Below are positions 7,878-17,628 of a stretch of 64,000 nt of DNA, piece by piece. The notes under the pieces were generated by a model. The model was not told where the DNA came from. It worked only from the letters and a program-made list of their open reading frames with translations, and did no database searches. The stretch lies in the NCBI GenBank assembly GCA_023665525.1, contig JAMPDT010000003.1, positions 4,682 through 68,681 of the forward strand, in the 5' to 3' direction. Position numbers and translations under genes: made by a program. Positions within the stretch are counted from its first letter, which is position 1; each line of letters starts with the position of its first letter. This DNA is from Butyrivibrio sp. (GTDB lineage: Bacteria; Bacillota; Clostridia; Lachnospirales; Lachnospiraceae).

Positions 7878-9610
7878 AGAAAAAATCCTCCACGGTCAAA
7901 AGAGTTTTGAAATATATCGGCAAATACAAGGCGTATCTTGCCGCGTCGCTTTTTCTTGCCCTTGTGACGGTCGCGGGACAGCTCTATATACCGATTCTTC
8001 AGGGACGGGCTATTGACAGGATTGTCGGCGCGGGCAGAGTTGATTTTGCTGCGGTTGCAAAAATACTTGTCATTATTATGATTACGGTCGGGGCGGTTTC
8101 GCTTCTTCAGTGGATTATGAATATCTGCAACAATAAAATAACGTATTCGGTGGTGCACGACATAAGGCGCGACGCATTTGAAAAGCTTCAGCGTCTGCCC
8201 GTGCGTTACGCGGACACGCACCCGACGGGCGAGATTGTCAGCAAGGTTATTTCCGACGCGGACCAGTTCGCGGACGGTCTGCTTATGGGCTTTACGCAGT
8301 TTTTTACGGGACTTATGACCATTGTCGGAACGCTTGCGTTTATGCTTACCATTAATTGGAAAATAACGCTTGTGGTCGTGCTTGTTACGCCGCTTTCGTT
8401 CTTCGTGTCGTCCTTTGTCGCCAAAAAAACCTACGCGATGTTTAGTAAGCAGTCCGAAACGAGGGGAGAGCAGACGGGCTTTATAGACGAGATGATAGGC
8501 AACGAAAAAATAGTCCAGGCGTACAGCCACGAGGCTGAGGCGCTTGAAAAATTCGACGGAATCAACGAAAGGCTGCAAAAGTATTCGCTCAAGGCTATTT
8601 TCTTTTCGTCGCTCACGAATCCGTCAACGCGCTTTATAAACAACGTGGTTTACGCGCTGGTGTGCCTGACGGGCTCCCTTGCGGCGGTTAAGGGAGCGCT
8701 TACCGTCGGAAAGCTTTCGGCGTTTTTAAGCTACGCCAACCAGTATACCAAGCCATTTAACGAGATTACGGGTGTTATCACCGAGCTTCAGAACGCTTTG
8801 GCGTGCGCCGACAGGGTGCTTGATCTGATAGAGGAGGAGCCTCAGAGCGAGGACGCGCCCGATATGCTTGTCGTAAACGAGGGCGGGGGACGCGTCAGCC
8901 TTAAAAACGTTGCTTTTTCATACACTGAGGAAAAGGAGCTTATAAAGAATTTCAATCTTGACGTAAGTCCCGGACAGAGAGTGGCGATAGTAGGACCCAC
9001 GGGCTGCGGCAAAACCACGATCATTAATCTCCTGATGAGGTTTTACGACGTGAGCTCGGGCTCGATAAGCGTGGAGGGCAGGGATATAAGGGACGTTACC
9101 CGCCGCAGTCTGCGAAGCAATTACGGAATGGTTTTGCAGGAAACGTGGCTGAAATCGGGAACAATCCGTGAAAACATCACCACGGGAAAGCCCGACGCCA
9201 CGGACGGGGAAATCGTCGCGGCGGCGAAGGCGGCTCACGCCCACAGCTTTATCAAGCGGCTGCCGAACGGTTACGACACGGTAATCGGAGAGGACGGCGG
9301 AAGTCTTTCGCAGGGGCAGAAGCAGCTTTTGTGCATAGCGAGGGTAATGCTTTGCCTGCCGCCTATGCTGATTCTTGACGAGGCGACCTCCTCGATAGAC
9401 ACGCGTACCGAGATGAAGATTCAGGAGGCGTTTGGGCGTATGATGAACGGGCGCACAAGCTTTATCGTCGCGCACAGGCTGTCCACGATAAGGTCCGCCG
9501 ACATCATTCTTGTAATGAGGGCCGGAAACGTTATCGAGCAGGGCAGCCACGACGAGTTGTTGGCGCGCGGAGGCTTTTACAGCGAGCTGTACAACAGCCA
9601 GTTTTCGTGA
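7874..9610 (+). CDS. ABC exporter, fused permease/ATPase (heterodimer subunit 2)
   Basis: GPTGCGKT; LSQGQKQ; ILDEAT; AHRL. Overlaps the upstream gene. Confidence 0.95.
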   Translation: MKKKSSTVKRVLKYIGKYKAYLAASLFLALVTVAGQLYIPILQGRAIDRIVGAGRVDFAAVAKILVIIMITVGAVSLLQWIMNICNNKITYSVVHDIRRDAFEKLQRLPVRYADTHPTGEIVSKVISDADQFADGLLMGFTQFFTGLMTIVGTLAFMLTINWKITLVVVLVTPLSFFVSSFVAKKTYAMFSKQSETRGEQTGFIDEMIGNEKIVQAYSHEAEALEKFDGINERLQKYSLKAIFFSSLTNPSTRFINNVVYALVCLTGSLAAVKGALTVGKLSAFLSYANQYTKPFNEITGVITELQNALACADRVLDLIEEEPQSEDAPDMLVVNEGGGRVSLKNVAFSYTEEKELIKNFNLDVSPGQRVAIVGPTGCGKTTIINLLMRFYDVSSGSISVEGRDIRDVTRRSLRSNYGMVLQETWLKSGTIRENITTGKPDATDGEIVAAAKAAHAHSFIKRLPNGYDTVIGEDGGSLSQGQKQLLCIARVMLCLPPMLILDEATSSIDTRTEMKIQEAFGRMMNGRTSFIVAHRLSTIRSADIILVMRAGNVIEQGSHDELLARGGFYSELYNSQFS

Positions 9611-9681
9611 GCGCGGGAGACGGGAAGCGTGAGCGGCTTGCGCCTTTAAGGGCAGAGCGGTATCAAAGAAAGGGACACGAA

Positions 9682-10800
9682 ATGAGCACATACAGAGTTG
9701 AGCTTGTAAGGACGGTTGACGATTCCTACAATATCGAGATAGGCTTCGGGCTTACGGACAGGCTTATTGAGGATTTGAAGGCGGGACTTGCGGGAGAAAT
9801 TAAAAAATTCGCGGTCGTGACGGACACGAACGTAAAGCCGCTTTATGCGGACAAAATATACGACGGGCTTGTAGGCGCGGGCTATCTTGCCGATATTATC
9901 GTTTTTGAGGCGGGCGAAAAAAGCAAGACGAGGCAAACCAAGGAATTTATAGAGGATACGATGCTTGCGAGGGGTTACAGGCGCGACTGCTGCATAATCG
10001 CGGTGGGCGGCGGAGTGGTAACGGACGTTGCGGGCTTTGCCGCGGGGACCTACGGGCGCGGCGTGCCCTTTATCAACTACGCGACGACGCTTCTTGCGGC
10101 GGCGGATGCCTCGATCGGCGGCAAGACGGCGGTTGACACTCCGCTTGCGACCAATCTTATCGGTCTTTTCAACCAGCCGAAAAAGGTCTACATAGACATT
10201 GCCGCGTGGAAAACGCTTCCTCCGAGGGAAATAAGCAGCGGTATGGCTGAAACCGTTAAGCACGCCTGTCTTGCGGACGGGGAGCTTTTTGACTATCTCG
10301 AAAAAAATATGGAGCGCATTCTGAACATCGACGCCGAGGCGTGCGAGCATATAGCGAGGCGCAACTGCGAGATAAAATACCGCGTGGTTATGAAGGACGA
10401 GCGTGAAAGCGGGCTCCGCGAAATCTTAAACCTCGGGCATACCGTAGGGCGTGCAATAGAAACGGTGAGCGGCTACAAGCTGCTTCACGGCGAAGCGGTT
10501 GCAATCGGCTTGACGGCGCAGACAAGGCTTGCTCTCAGGCGCGGCTATATGAGCGAAAGCGAGGCGGAGCGCGTCAAGGGGCTTCTTAAAAGCGCGGGGC
10601 TTCCGACGGAGGTTCCCGATTATATAGACTGCAAGGAACTGGTAAAAAAGCTTTACACCGACAAAAAGGTGAAAAACGGCTGCCTCCGCTTCGTGCTTGA
10701 AAAGGGAATCGGCGGCGTCGCCCGCTTCGGCGACAATGTGTACGCGACGCCGGTCAGCGAGGAAGAGGCGGCTGAGATAATCGGGGAGATAAGCGGATAA
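9682..10800 (+). CDS. aroB: 3-dehydroquinate synthase (sugar-phosphate cyclase family)
   Basis: GGGVVTDVAGF, TTLLA..DASIGGKT, NLIG, LNLGHT, LHGEAVAIG. Start MSTYRV after SD AAAGGG. Confidence 0.8.
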   Translation: MSTYRVELVRTVDDSYNIEIGFGLTDRLIEDLKAGLAGEIKKFAVVTDTNVKPLYADKIYDGLVGAGYLADIIVFEAGEKSKTRQTKEFIEDTMLARGYRRDCCIIAVGGGVVTDVAGFAAGTYGRGVPFINYATTLLAAADASIGGKTAVDTPLATNLIGLFNQPKKVYIDIAAWKTLPPREISSGMAETVKHACLADGELFDYLEKNMERILNIDAEACEHIARRNCEIKYRVVMKDERESGLREILNLGHTVGRAIETVSGYKLLHGEAVAIGLTAQTRLALRRGYMSESEAERVKGLLKSAGLPTEVPDYIDCKELVKKLYTDKKVKNGCLRFVLEKGIGGVARFGDNVYATPVSEEEAAEIIGEISG

Positions 10801-10801
10801 A

Positions 10802-11179
10802 ATGTACGAGCAGGATTATTTTATGCGTATGATTCACGAAATGGTGCGAATGCTTATAAAGCTTCTTTTCGGCAAGGATACGCAACGGTGGGAGCAGGCT
10901 GAATTCAAGGACGCGCAGGCAGGAGCGGATTACGAGCGCCTTGTGAGGCTTGCGGACAACGGCGACATATGCGGCGCGGAAAACGAGCTTGTTCAAAGCG
11001 CGGACGTATCGAATACGTACGGTCTGCGCAGGGCGGTGCTTTTTTACGGTCATCTTAACGAAATGAGCGACGAATTTCTTGAGGCGCATAATTTTTCGAG
11101 GGAGGAAATAGCACAGGGACTGCGCTATATGGCGGATATATACGGCTACGGCGATATAGTGGGGATTTTGGAAAAATGA
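10802..11179 (+). CDS. DUF6483-like protein
   Basis: MYEQDYFMRMIHEM start and the FY..LN...DEFLE..NFSREEI..GL pattern. Confidence 0.7.
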   Translation: MYEQDYFMRMIHEMVRMLIKLLFGKDTQRWEQAEFKDAQAGADYERLVRLADNGDICGAENELVQSADVSNTYGLRRAVLFYGHLNEMSDEFLEAHNFSREEIAQGLRYMADIYGYGDIVGILEK

Positions 11180-11273
11180 GATCAAATTTTTTTAAACCCG
11201 AGATAAATGCTTGAAGAACGGGCTTCTTTGTGGTATCCTATATTAGGAAATTTGTACGATTGGGGGCATAAAG

Positions 11274-12338
11274 ATGAGAAATACGATTTTGATAGTCGAT
11301 GACGAAGAGCTTAACAGAGACTTGCTCAAGCAGATGTTTGAAAAAGACTATGAAATTCTTACCGCCAATGACGGCAAGGAGGCGATTCGGTGTCTTGAAA
11401 GGCATAAAAACGAAATCGCCATCATTCTGCTTGACATTGTTATGCCGGTCCTGAACGGTTTTCAGGTGTTGCAGGTTATAAACAACAAAAAGCTTTTGGA
11501 CAAAATTCCGGTAATACTTATAACGGCGCAGGACGATGAGCAGACTGAATTTAGGTGCTATCAAATGGGAGCGACGGCGATTATCAATAAGCCGTTTGTG
11601 GCTCAGACCGTTATCAAAAGAGTTACGAGCACGATTGAGCTGTACCGCAACGTTGACGAGATGGAGGGGACGATCAACGAGCAGCACGTAAAGATCGAGG
11701 AGCAGGAAAAGAAGCTTAACGCGTTCAGCGACACGCTGTTGGAGGCGGTAAGCAATATAGTCGAGTTCCGAAACCTTGAGTCGGGAACGCACGTCAAGAG
11801 GGTTAAAGGCTTTACGCGGATTTTTGCGCAGACCTATCAGAAGCTTTATCCCGAGGAGAATTTAAGCGACGAGCAGATAGAGATAATAGTGAGGGCGGCG
11901 TCCCTTCACGACCTCGGCAAAATAGCCATACCCGACAGTATCCTGCTGAAGCCGGGGCGGCTGACCGACGAGGAGCGCGAGGTTATGATGACACATACCA
12001 CCAAGGGCTGCGAGATCCTCAATATGCTTTCGGACGTTCAGGAGCAGGCGCAGTTTAAGGCATCCTACGAGGTGTGCAGGTACCATCACGAGAGATTTGA
12101 CGGAAAGGGCTATCCCGACGGGCTTAAGGGCGATGAAATTCCCGTATCGGCGAGGCTCGTGTCCATTGCCGACGTGTACGACGCGCTTGTAAGCGAGCGT
12201 GTGTACAAGAGGGCAATAGATAAGGAAACGGCGTACCATATGATTATGAGCGGGCAGTGCGGTGTTTTCGATCCCAAGCTGCTTGGCTGCTTTGAACGCT
12301 GCAAGAAAGAAATTGAAGAATTTGCCGACAATATGTAG
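11274..12338 (+). CDS. Response regulator with HD-GYP cyclic-dinucleotide phosphodiesterase domain
   Basis: REC (IVDDE, LLDIVMP, KP); HDLGK; HHERFDGKGYP; ADVYDAL. Confidence 0.92.
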   Translation: MRNTILIVDDEELNRDLLKQMFEKDYEILTANDGKEAIRCLERHKNEIAIILLDIVMPVLNGFQVLQVINNKKLLDKIPVILITAQDDEQTEFRCYQMGATAIINKPFVAQTVIKRVTSTIELYRNVDEMEGTINEQHVKIEEQEKKLNAFSDTLLEAVSNIVEFRNLESGTHVKRVKGFTRIFAQTYQKLYPEENLSDEQIEIIVRAASLHDLGKIAIPDSILLKPGRLTDEEREVMMTHTTKGCEILNMLSDVQEQAQFKASYEVCRYHHERFDGKGYPDGLKGDEIPVSARLVSIADVYDALVSERVYKRAIDKETAYHMIMSGQCGVFDPKLLGCFERCKKEIEEFADNM

Positions 12339-12369
12339 CGGCTGCGGCAGAAAATGAGAGGTTAAGGAA

Positions 12370-12723
12370 ATGGATGAATTTATAAGCGTATTAAAAGAAA
12401 ACGGTGTTGATACCGACGGCGCGCTTGAAAGATTTATGAATAACGCCGCCATGTACAAAAAATTTCTCGGAAAGTTCGCAAACGACCCCAATTACGAGGC
12501 GTTAAAGACCGCGGTCGAGGCGGGGGACTGCCAAAAGGCGTTTACGGCGGCTCATACCCTCAAGGGCGTGTGCAGCAATCTTTCGCTTACTCCGCTTTTT
12601 GAGGCGGTTGCGAAGCAGACAGAGCTTTTCAGGGCGGATAAGTTCGACGAGGGGGCGGCGCTTATGCCTCAGGTGGACGAAGCCTACCGTAAAATGTCGG
12701 ATTTGATCGCTTCGATTCAGTGA
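12370..12723 (+). CDS. Standalone Hpt (histidine phosphotransfer) protein
   Basis: AAHTLKGVCSNL motif. Confidence 0.9.
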   Translation: MDEFISVLKENGVDTDGALERFMNNAAMYKKFLGKFANDPNYEALKTAVEAGDCQKAFTAAHTLKGVCSNLSLTPLFEAVAKQTELFRADKFDEGAALMPQVDEAYRKMSDLIASIQ

Positions 12724-12745
12724 CGCTCCGAAGGACGTATTACGC

Positions 12746-12775
12746 GCCCCCGCCTTATTCGGCGGGGGTGTTCTG
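12746..12775 (+). terminator. Probable terminator hairpin
   Basis: CCCCCGCC/GGCGGGGG stem; weak U tract. Confidence 0.55.
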
Positions 12776-12821
12776 TTTGCCGCGGCGAAGGGCATATAAA
12801 TTAACGGTATAAGGAAAAACG

Positions 12822-14186
12822 ATGAACAAAGACGTGAGAGAGGACAAATTTATACAGATGACGACAAGGCCCGTTAAAAGGCTTGTTTGCAGTATGGCTG
12901 TGCCTTCAATATTGAGTATGCTTGTGACCGCCTTTTATAATTTGGCGGATACCTTTTTTGTGGGAAAAATCAGCACGCAGGCGACGGGCGCGGTGGGCGT
13001 GGTTTTTTCGTATATGACGCTGATACAGGCGATTGCGTTCTTTTTCGGGCACGGCAGCGGCAATTATATATCGAGAGAGCTCGGAAAGCGCAATTCGGAC
13101 GGCGCGCAGAAAATGGCGTCGCTCGGATTTTTTACCGCCCTCGCGACGGGGGTGCTGCTCGGAGCGGCGGGCTTTGCTTTTATGCGCCCCATACTCGGGC
13201 TGTTGGGAGCGACCGACACGATAATGCCAGAGGCGGTAAGCTACTTTAAATATATTTTGTGCGCAACGCCGTTTATAATGGGCTCGTTTGTGCTTAACAA
13301 CGTGATGAGAATGCAGGGAAACGCAAGACTCGCGGTTATCGGGATAAGCTCGGGCGCGCTCCTTAATGTTGCGCTCGATCCGCTTTTTATATTCGTGATG
13401 AAAATGGACACGGCAGGCGCGGGGCTTGCAACGGCAATATCGCAGACCGTCGGCTTTGTGCTGCTTTTCTTCTTAAGCGGCAGAAAGGACGGCATTAAAA
13501 TCAGGCTTAAGGAGTATAGGCTGAAATGGTCGGGACTGCTTGAAATAGGAGCGGGAGGACTGCCCTCCTTGGGGCGGCAGGGTATGGCGAGCATTGCCGT
13601 CATATGCCTGAACAACGCGGCTAAGACATACGGCGATTCCGCCATAGCCGCGATGTCGGTGGTAAGCCGCGTCACGATGATTGCGGGCTCGGCTCTGATA
13701 GGCTTCGGTCAGGGCTTCCAGCCCGTGTGCGGCTTCAATTACGGGGCGGGGCTTTATGACCGCGTAAAGAAAGCCTTTTGGTTCTGCGTGCGGGTCGCCA
13801 CCGCCGCAATGAGCGTAATAGGCGCTGCCCTGTATGTCTACGCGGAGCCGTTGATCGGGCTGTTCCGCAAGGACGACGCGCTGCTCACGAAAATCGCGGC
13901 GGAGGCGCTCAGGTACCAGTGCATGACGATGCCGTTCATAGGCTTCGTGGTCATGAGCAATATGTTTTTGCAGAACACGAGAAAGACGGTGAGGGCGACT
14001 GTTATCGCAATGGCAAGGCAGGGCGTTATGTTTATTCCCGCGCTGTTTATACTGGAGCATCTGCTGGGGCTTGGGGGAATACAGCTTACGCAGTCGGCGG
14101 CGGATATTCTCTCCTTTATACTGGCGATTCCTCTGTCGCTTTCCGCAATAGGAGATATGAACAGGAGCGCGGGGAGCAGGTCTTGA
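12822..14186 (+). CDS. MATE family efflux transporter
   Basis: 12 TM; YNLADTFFV; N..LDPLFIF; duplicated halves. Confidence 0.93.
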   Translation: MNKDVREDKFIQMTTRPVKRLVCSMAVPSILSMLVTAFYNLADTFFVGKISTQATGAVGVVFSYMTLIQAIAFFFGHGSGNYISRELGKRNSDGAQKMASLGFFTALATGVLLGAAGFAFMRPILGLLGATDTIMPEAVSYFKYILCATPFIMGSFVLNNVMRMQGNARLAVIGISSGALLNVALDPLFIFVMKMDTAGAGLATAISQTVGFVLLFFLSGRKDGIKIRLKEYRLKWSGLLEIGAGGLPSLGRQGMASIAVICLNNAAKTYGDSAIAAMSVVSRVTMIAGSALIGFGQGFQPVCGFNYGAGLYDRVKKAFWFCVRVATAAMSVIGAALYVYAEPLIGLFRKDDALLTKIAAEALRYQCMTMPFIGFVVMSNMFLQNTRKTVRATVIAMARQGVMFIPALFILEHLLGLGGIQLTQSAADILSFILAIPLSLSAIGDMNRSAGSRS

Positions 14187-14308
14187 CAGTATTTGCCAAA
14201 CGCCCGAAAATAATTGTTTTTTCGACAGTAGTCTGATATTATCGTAATATAAGGACAGTGCGGACGGATAAACGCAGGAGGCGCGAAAGGCGCGGCGGGA
14301 GGGAACAA

Positions 14309-15652
14309 ATGAAAATACATAGAAACGCCGTTCGGCGGCTTGCGGCGGCAGTCACGGCGGGGCTTGCCGGAATGCTTTGCGCGGGCTGCGGCGAATATAC
14401 GATAAATTTAATTTCCGACGAGGTGGTTATAAATGTCGGCGGAGAGGTGAGCAAGGATATTGGGGACTATGTAAGGGCGTCAAAGCAGCTTATTTCCGAG
14501 ATGACGCTCGACGTGTCCTCCGTAAATCCGTATATAATCGGGAGCTATACGGCGTCGGTTACGCACGGGGACAATGTAAGGAAATTCACGATCAGGGTGG
14601 CGGACATCGAAGCGCCGAGCATAGAGCTTAAGAGCGACAAAATCTATTTTGAGCTTCAGGGCGTTTTGAGGCTGGAGGACGTCGTGGAAAGCGTGACCGA
14701 CATATCGGAGTGCGAATACGGCTTTTCCGACGATATGACCAAGGCGGACCGCGATAAAGCCATGAGGCAGAGCATAAGCTACGACAAGGAGGGCGAGTAC
14801 ACCGCCGAGATTATAGCGAGGGACGAGTACGGCAATATTTCCGTAAAAGAGATCGGCGTTTTCGTCGTGAACGAGGGAAAGGCTCCCGAGGACGTGAACG
14901 TCGTGACGGATTATTCGAGATATATGAACACGGAGGGCGGAGCCGAAATAACGGATTTGGCTGACTACGGGACGGCGGGCGTGTATTACGGCGTGGGGAA
15001 TACCGTTGAGCCGGGAACGGGACGGCCCGTTATAGATTATTACACGAACGCCTACGGCAAATTCAGGGTTGATTTCATACAGCCCGACAGCAGGTACATA
15101 TGGCTGACCTTTAACGAGATACAGGAAAACGGCAACACGACGTCGATTCTTAACACGCTCGCGAAAAAGGACGTTAAGGCAGTGTTTTTCGTAACGCTTA
15201 ACTATGTGAAAAACAATCCCGAGCTTGTGCAGAGAATGCTTGACGAGGGACATGTAATCGGCAGCTATACTGCCAACTGCTCCAATATTCCCGATTTAAC
15301 CTCAAAGGAATTGACAAGCGAGCTTGATACGTTGTACAATTACGTCTACACGGCATACGGCTATGAAATGTATCTTTTCAGAGCGCCGTCGGGATATTTC
15401 AGCGAGCAGTCGCTGGCGGTGGCGCAAAGCCTAGGGTACCGCACGGTATTTTGGAGCTTCGCGTATGCGGATTGGGATATAAGCAATCAGCCCGATGTGG
15501 GCGAAGCCCTGAGCAACGCGGTTGAAAGGGCGCACGGAGGCGCTGTTTACCAGCTCAGCGGAGCGTCGTCCGCGAACCGAGAGATGCTTTCGGACATGAT
15601 TGACGGAATCAGGGCGAGGGGCTATGAGTTTGCGGAGTATCAGAAATTTTAA
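14309..15652 (+). CDS. PdaA-like NodB-domain lipoprotein with N-terminal Ig-like repeats; catalytic residues degenerate
   Basis: Lipobox-like LCAGC. NodB scaffold FRAPSG and WSFAYADW retained, but TFNEI, GSYTANC and VYQLS replace TFD(D/E)G, H-x-x-x-H and LLH. Confidence 0.78.
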   Translation: MKIHRNAVRRLAAAVTAGLAGMLCAGCGEYTINLISDEVVINVGGEVSKDIGDYVRASKQLISEMTLDVSSVNPYIIGSYTASVTHGDNVRKFTIRVADIEAPSIELKSDKIYFELQGVLRLEDVVESVTDISECEYGFSDDMTKADRDKAMRQSISYDKEGEYTAEIIARDEYGNISVKEIGVFVVNEGKAPEDVNVVTDYSRYMNTEGGAEITDLADYGTAGVYYGVGNTVEPGTGRPVIDYYTNAYGKFRVDFIQPDSRYIWLTFNEIQENGNTTSILNTLAKKDVKAVFFVTLNYVKNNPELVQRMLDEGHVIGSYTANCSNIPDLTSKELTSELDTLYNYVYTAYGYEMYLFRAPSGYFSEQSLAVAQSLGYRTVFWSFAYADWDISNQPDVGEALSNAVERAHGGAVYQLSGASSANREMLSDMIDGIRARGYEFAEYQKF

Positions 15653-15673
15653 ACAGATTAGGAGAAAAGGAAT

Positions 15674-16759
15674 ATGGAAAAGAAGCTGAAGGTCGGTATT
15701 CTCGGAGGAACGGGAATGGTGGGACAGCGGTTTATTTCGCTGCTTGAAAATCATCCTTGGTTTGAGGTGAGCGCAATCGCGGCAAGCCCGCGCTCCGCAG
15801 GCAAAACCTACGAGGAGGCAGTGGGCGGAAGGTGGAAGATGACCTCTCCCATGCCCGACGCCGTTAAAAATATGATTGTTTACAATGTGCTTGACGTGGA
15901 AAAGGTCGCCTCCTCGGTCGATTTTGTATTCAGCGCCGTGGATATGTCCAAGGACGAAATCAAAAAGATAGAAGAGGATTACGCCAAAACCGAGACTCCC
16001 GTGGTGTCCAACAACAGCGCTCACCGCTGGACGGAGGACGTGCCCATGGTTGTGCCCGAGATTAATCCCGAGCATTACGGGCTTATAGAATATCAGAAAA
16101 AAAGGCTTGGAACGAAGAGAGGCTTTATAGCCGTTAAGCCCAACTGCTCGATTCAGAGCTACACTCCCGCGGTTTTCGCGCTCAGGGAATTTGAGCCTAC
16201 GCTTGTGGTTGCCACGACGTATCAGGCAATTTCGGGCGCGGGCAAAACCTTTAAGGACTGGCCCGAGATGGAGGGTAATGTGATTCCCTATATCGCGGGC
16301 GAGGAGGAAAAGAGCGAGCAGGAGCCGTTAAGACTTATGGGAACGCTTGTCGATGGGCATATCGAGAAAGCGAAGCTTCCCGTGATCACGACGCAGTGCA
16401 TACGCGTACCTGTTCTTAACGGGCATACGGCGGCGGTATTTATAAATTTCAACAAAAAGCCGTCCAGGGAGGAAATCATAGACAGGCTTGTAAGCTTCAA
16501 GGGACTGCCGCAGGAGCTTGAGCTTCCCAGCGCGCCCAAGCGGTTCATACAGTATCTTGAGGAGGACAACCGTCCGCAGGTGGCGCTTGACGTTGATTAT
16601 GAGAACGGCTTCGGAGTATCGTTCGGACGGCTGCGCGAGGACAGCGTGTTCGACTGGAAATTTGTAGGTCTTTCGCACAACACGGTAAGGGGAGCCGCGG
16701 GCGGAGCGGTTCTGAGCGCCGAGCTTCTGACGGCGCAGAAATATATCACAGCCAAATAA
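15674..16759 (+). CDS. asd: Aspartate-semialdehyde dehydrogenase
   Basis: GGTGMVGQ; KPNCS; SGAG; HNTVRGAAG. Confidence 0.96.
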   Translation: MEKKLKVGILGGTGMVGQRFISLLENHPWFEVSAIAASPRSAGKTYEEAVGGRWKMTSPMPDAVKNMIVYNVLDVEKVASSVDFVFSAVDMSKDEIKKIEEDYAKTETPVVSNNSAHRWTEDVPMVVPEINPEHYGLIEYQKKRLGTKRGFIAVKPNCSIQSYTPAVFALREFEPTLVVATTYQAISGAGKTFKDWPEMEGNVIPYIAGEEEKSEQEPLRLMGTLVDGHIEKAKLPVITTQCIRVPVLNGHTAAVFINFNKKPSREEIIDRLVSFKGLPQELELPSAPKRFIQYLEEDNRPQVALDVDYENGFGVSFGRLREDSVFDWKFVGLSHNTVRGAAGGAVLSAELLTAQKYITAK

Positions 16760-16766
16760 GGAATTT

Positions 16767-16793
16767 AAAGGGAGGGCTTGCCCTCCCTTTTTT
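16767..16793 (+). terminator. Intrinsic terminator
   Basis: AAAGGGAGGG/CCCTCCCTTT stem followed by a T run. Confidence 0.85.
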
Positions 16794-17619
16794 GTTGCGC
16801 CGCAAAGCAATGCGTCGGGCGCGTGCCGGGCAGTTTTGTCTACGTTTTTCGTGAAGTGTAGCTTTTTAGGCGTAGAATGCAGTTCCAAGGGGTGAAAAAT
16901 AAGATATAATTATAAAGTACTTTTGATTACGCAACGGAGGATAAAATTATGAGCCAAAAGCAAATAATAAGAAAATTACTTTCGGCATTTACGGCGTTTG
17001 TAATGCTTGCCATGCCTGCCGCGGCGGCGGTCCCGGCGGACAGGACTTACGCCGGGAACGAAAGCGCGGCGGAGGCGTCTTACAGCACGGACGGCGGAAA
17101 AACATGGACGGACGTGGAGAAATTAGCAGATATTAATGCGGTTACGGACTATATGACTAAAGACAATACGATTCTGCGTCTCAATAAGGATATTGAGCTG
17201 GGAAGCGGTTCGATTGTTCCCGTTATTAACGGGAATCATACGACCATAGACGGACAGGGACACACAATCAGCCGCGGGAGCTGCAATGCGCAGATGTTTA
17301 CCCTGAGCGGCGAGGGCGCCGTGACCTTTAAGAATATAGTAATCGACGGCGGCGCGCTTTGGGACGACGCCTCCGATGTGCAGAACCGTACAAACGATGA
17401 CGGCTATAAGAGCAGCGGAACCACCAATATTATTTATATCGCGAATGATGAAGCGTCGGCGATTCTGGAGAGCGGAACAATTTTGCAGAACAACGATCTG
17501 GAACAGGCGTCCTTCAACGGCGCGGGCGTGTCGATTGCCGCCGGCAGTCTTGTTATGAAGGACGGAGCGGTTATCCGTAATTGCAGCGCGACGGGCACGA
17601 GCAGCGCCGGAGGCGGCGC

Positions 17620-17628
17620 GGGGGGGGG
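17620..17628 (+). repeat. Homopolymer G9 (candidate slipped-strand switch)
   Basis: GCG GGG GGG G GTG; removing one G fuses the two ORFs. Confidence 0.8.
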
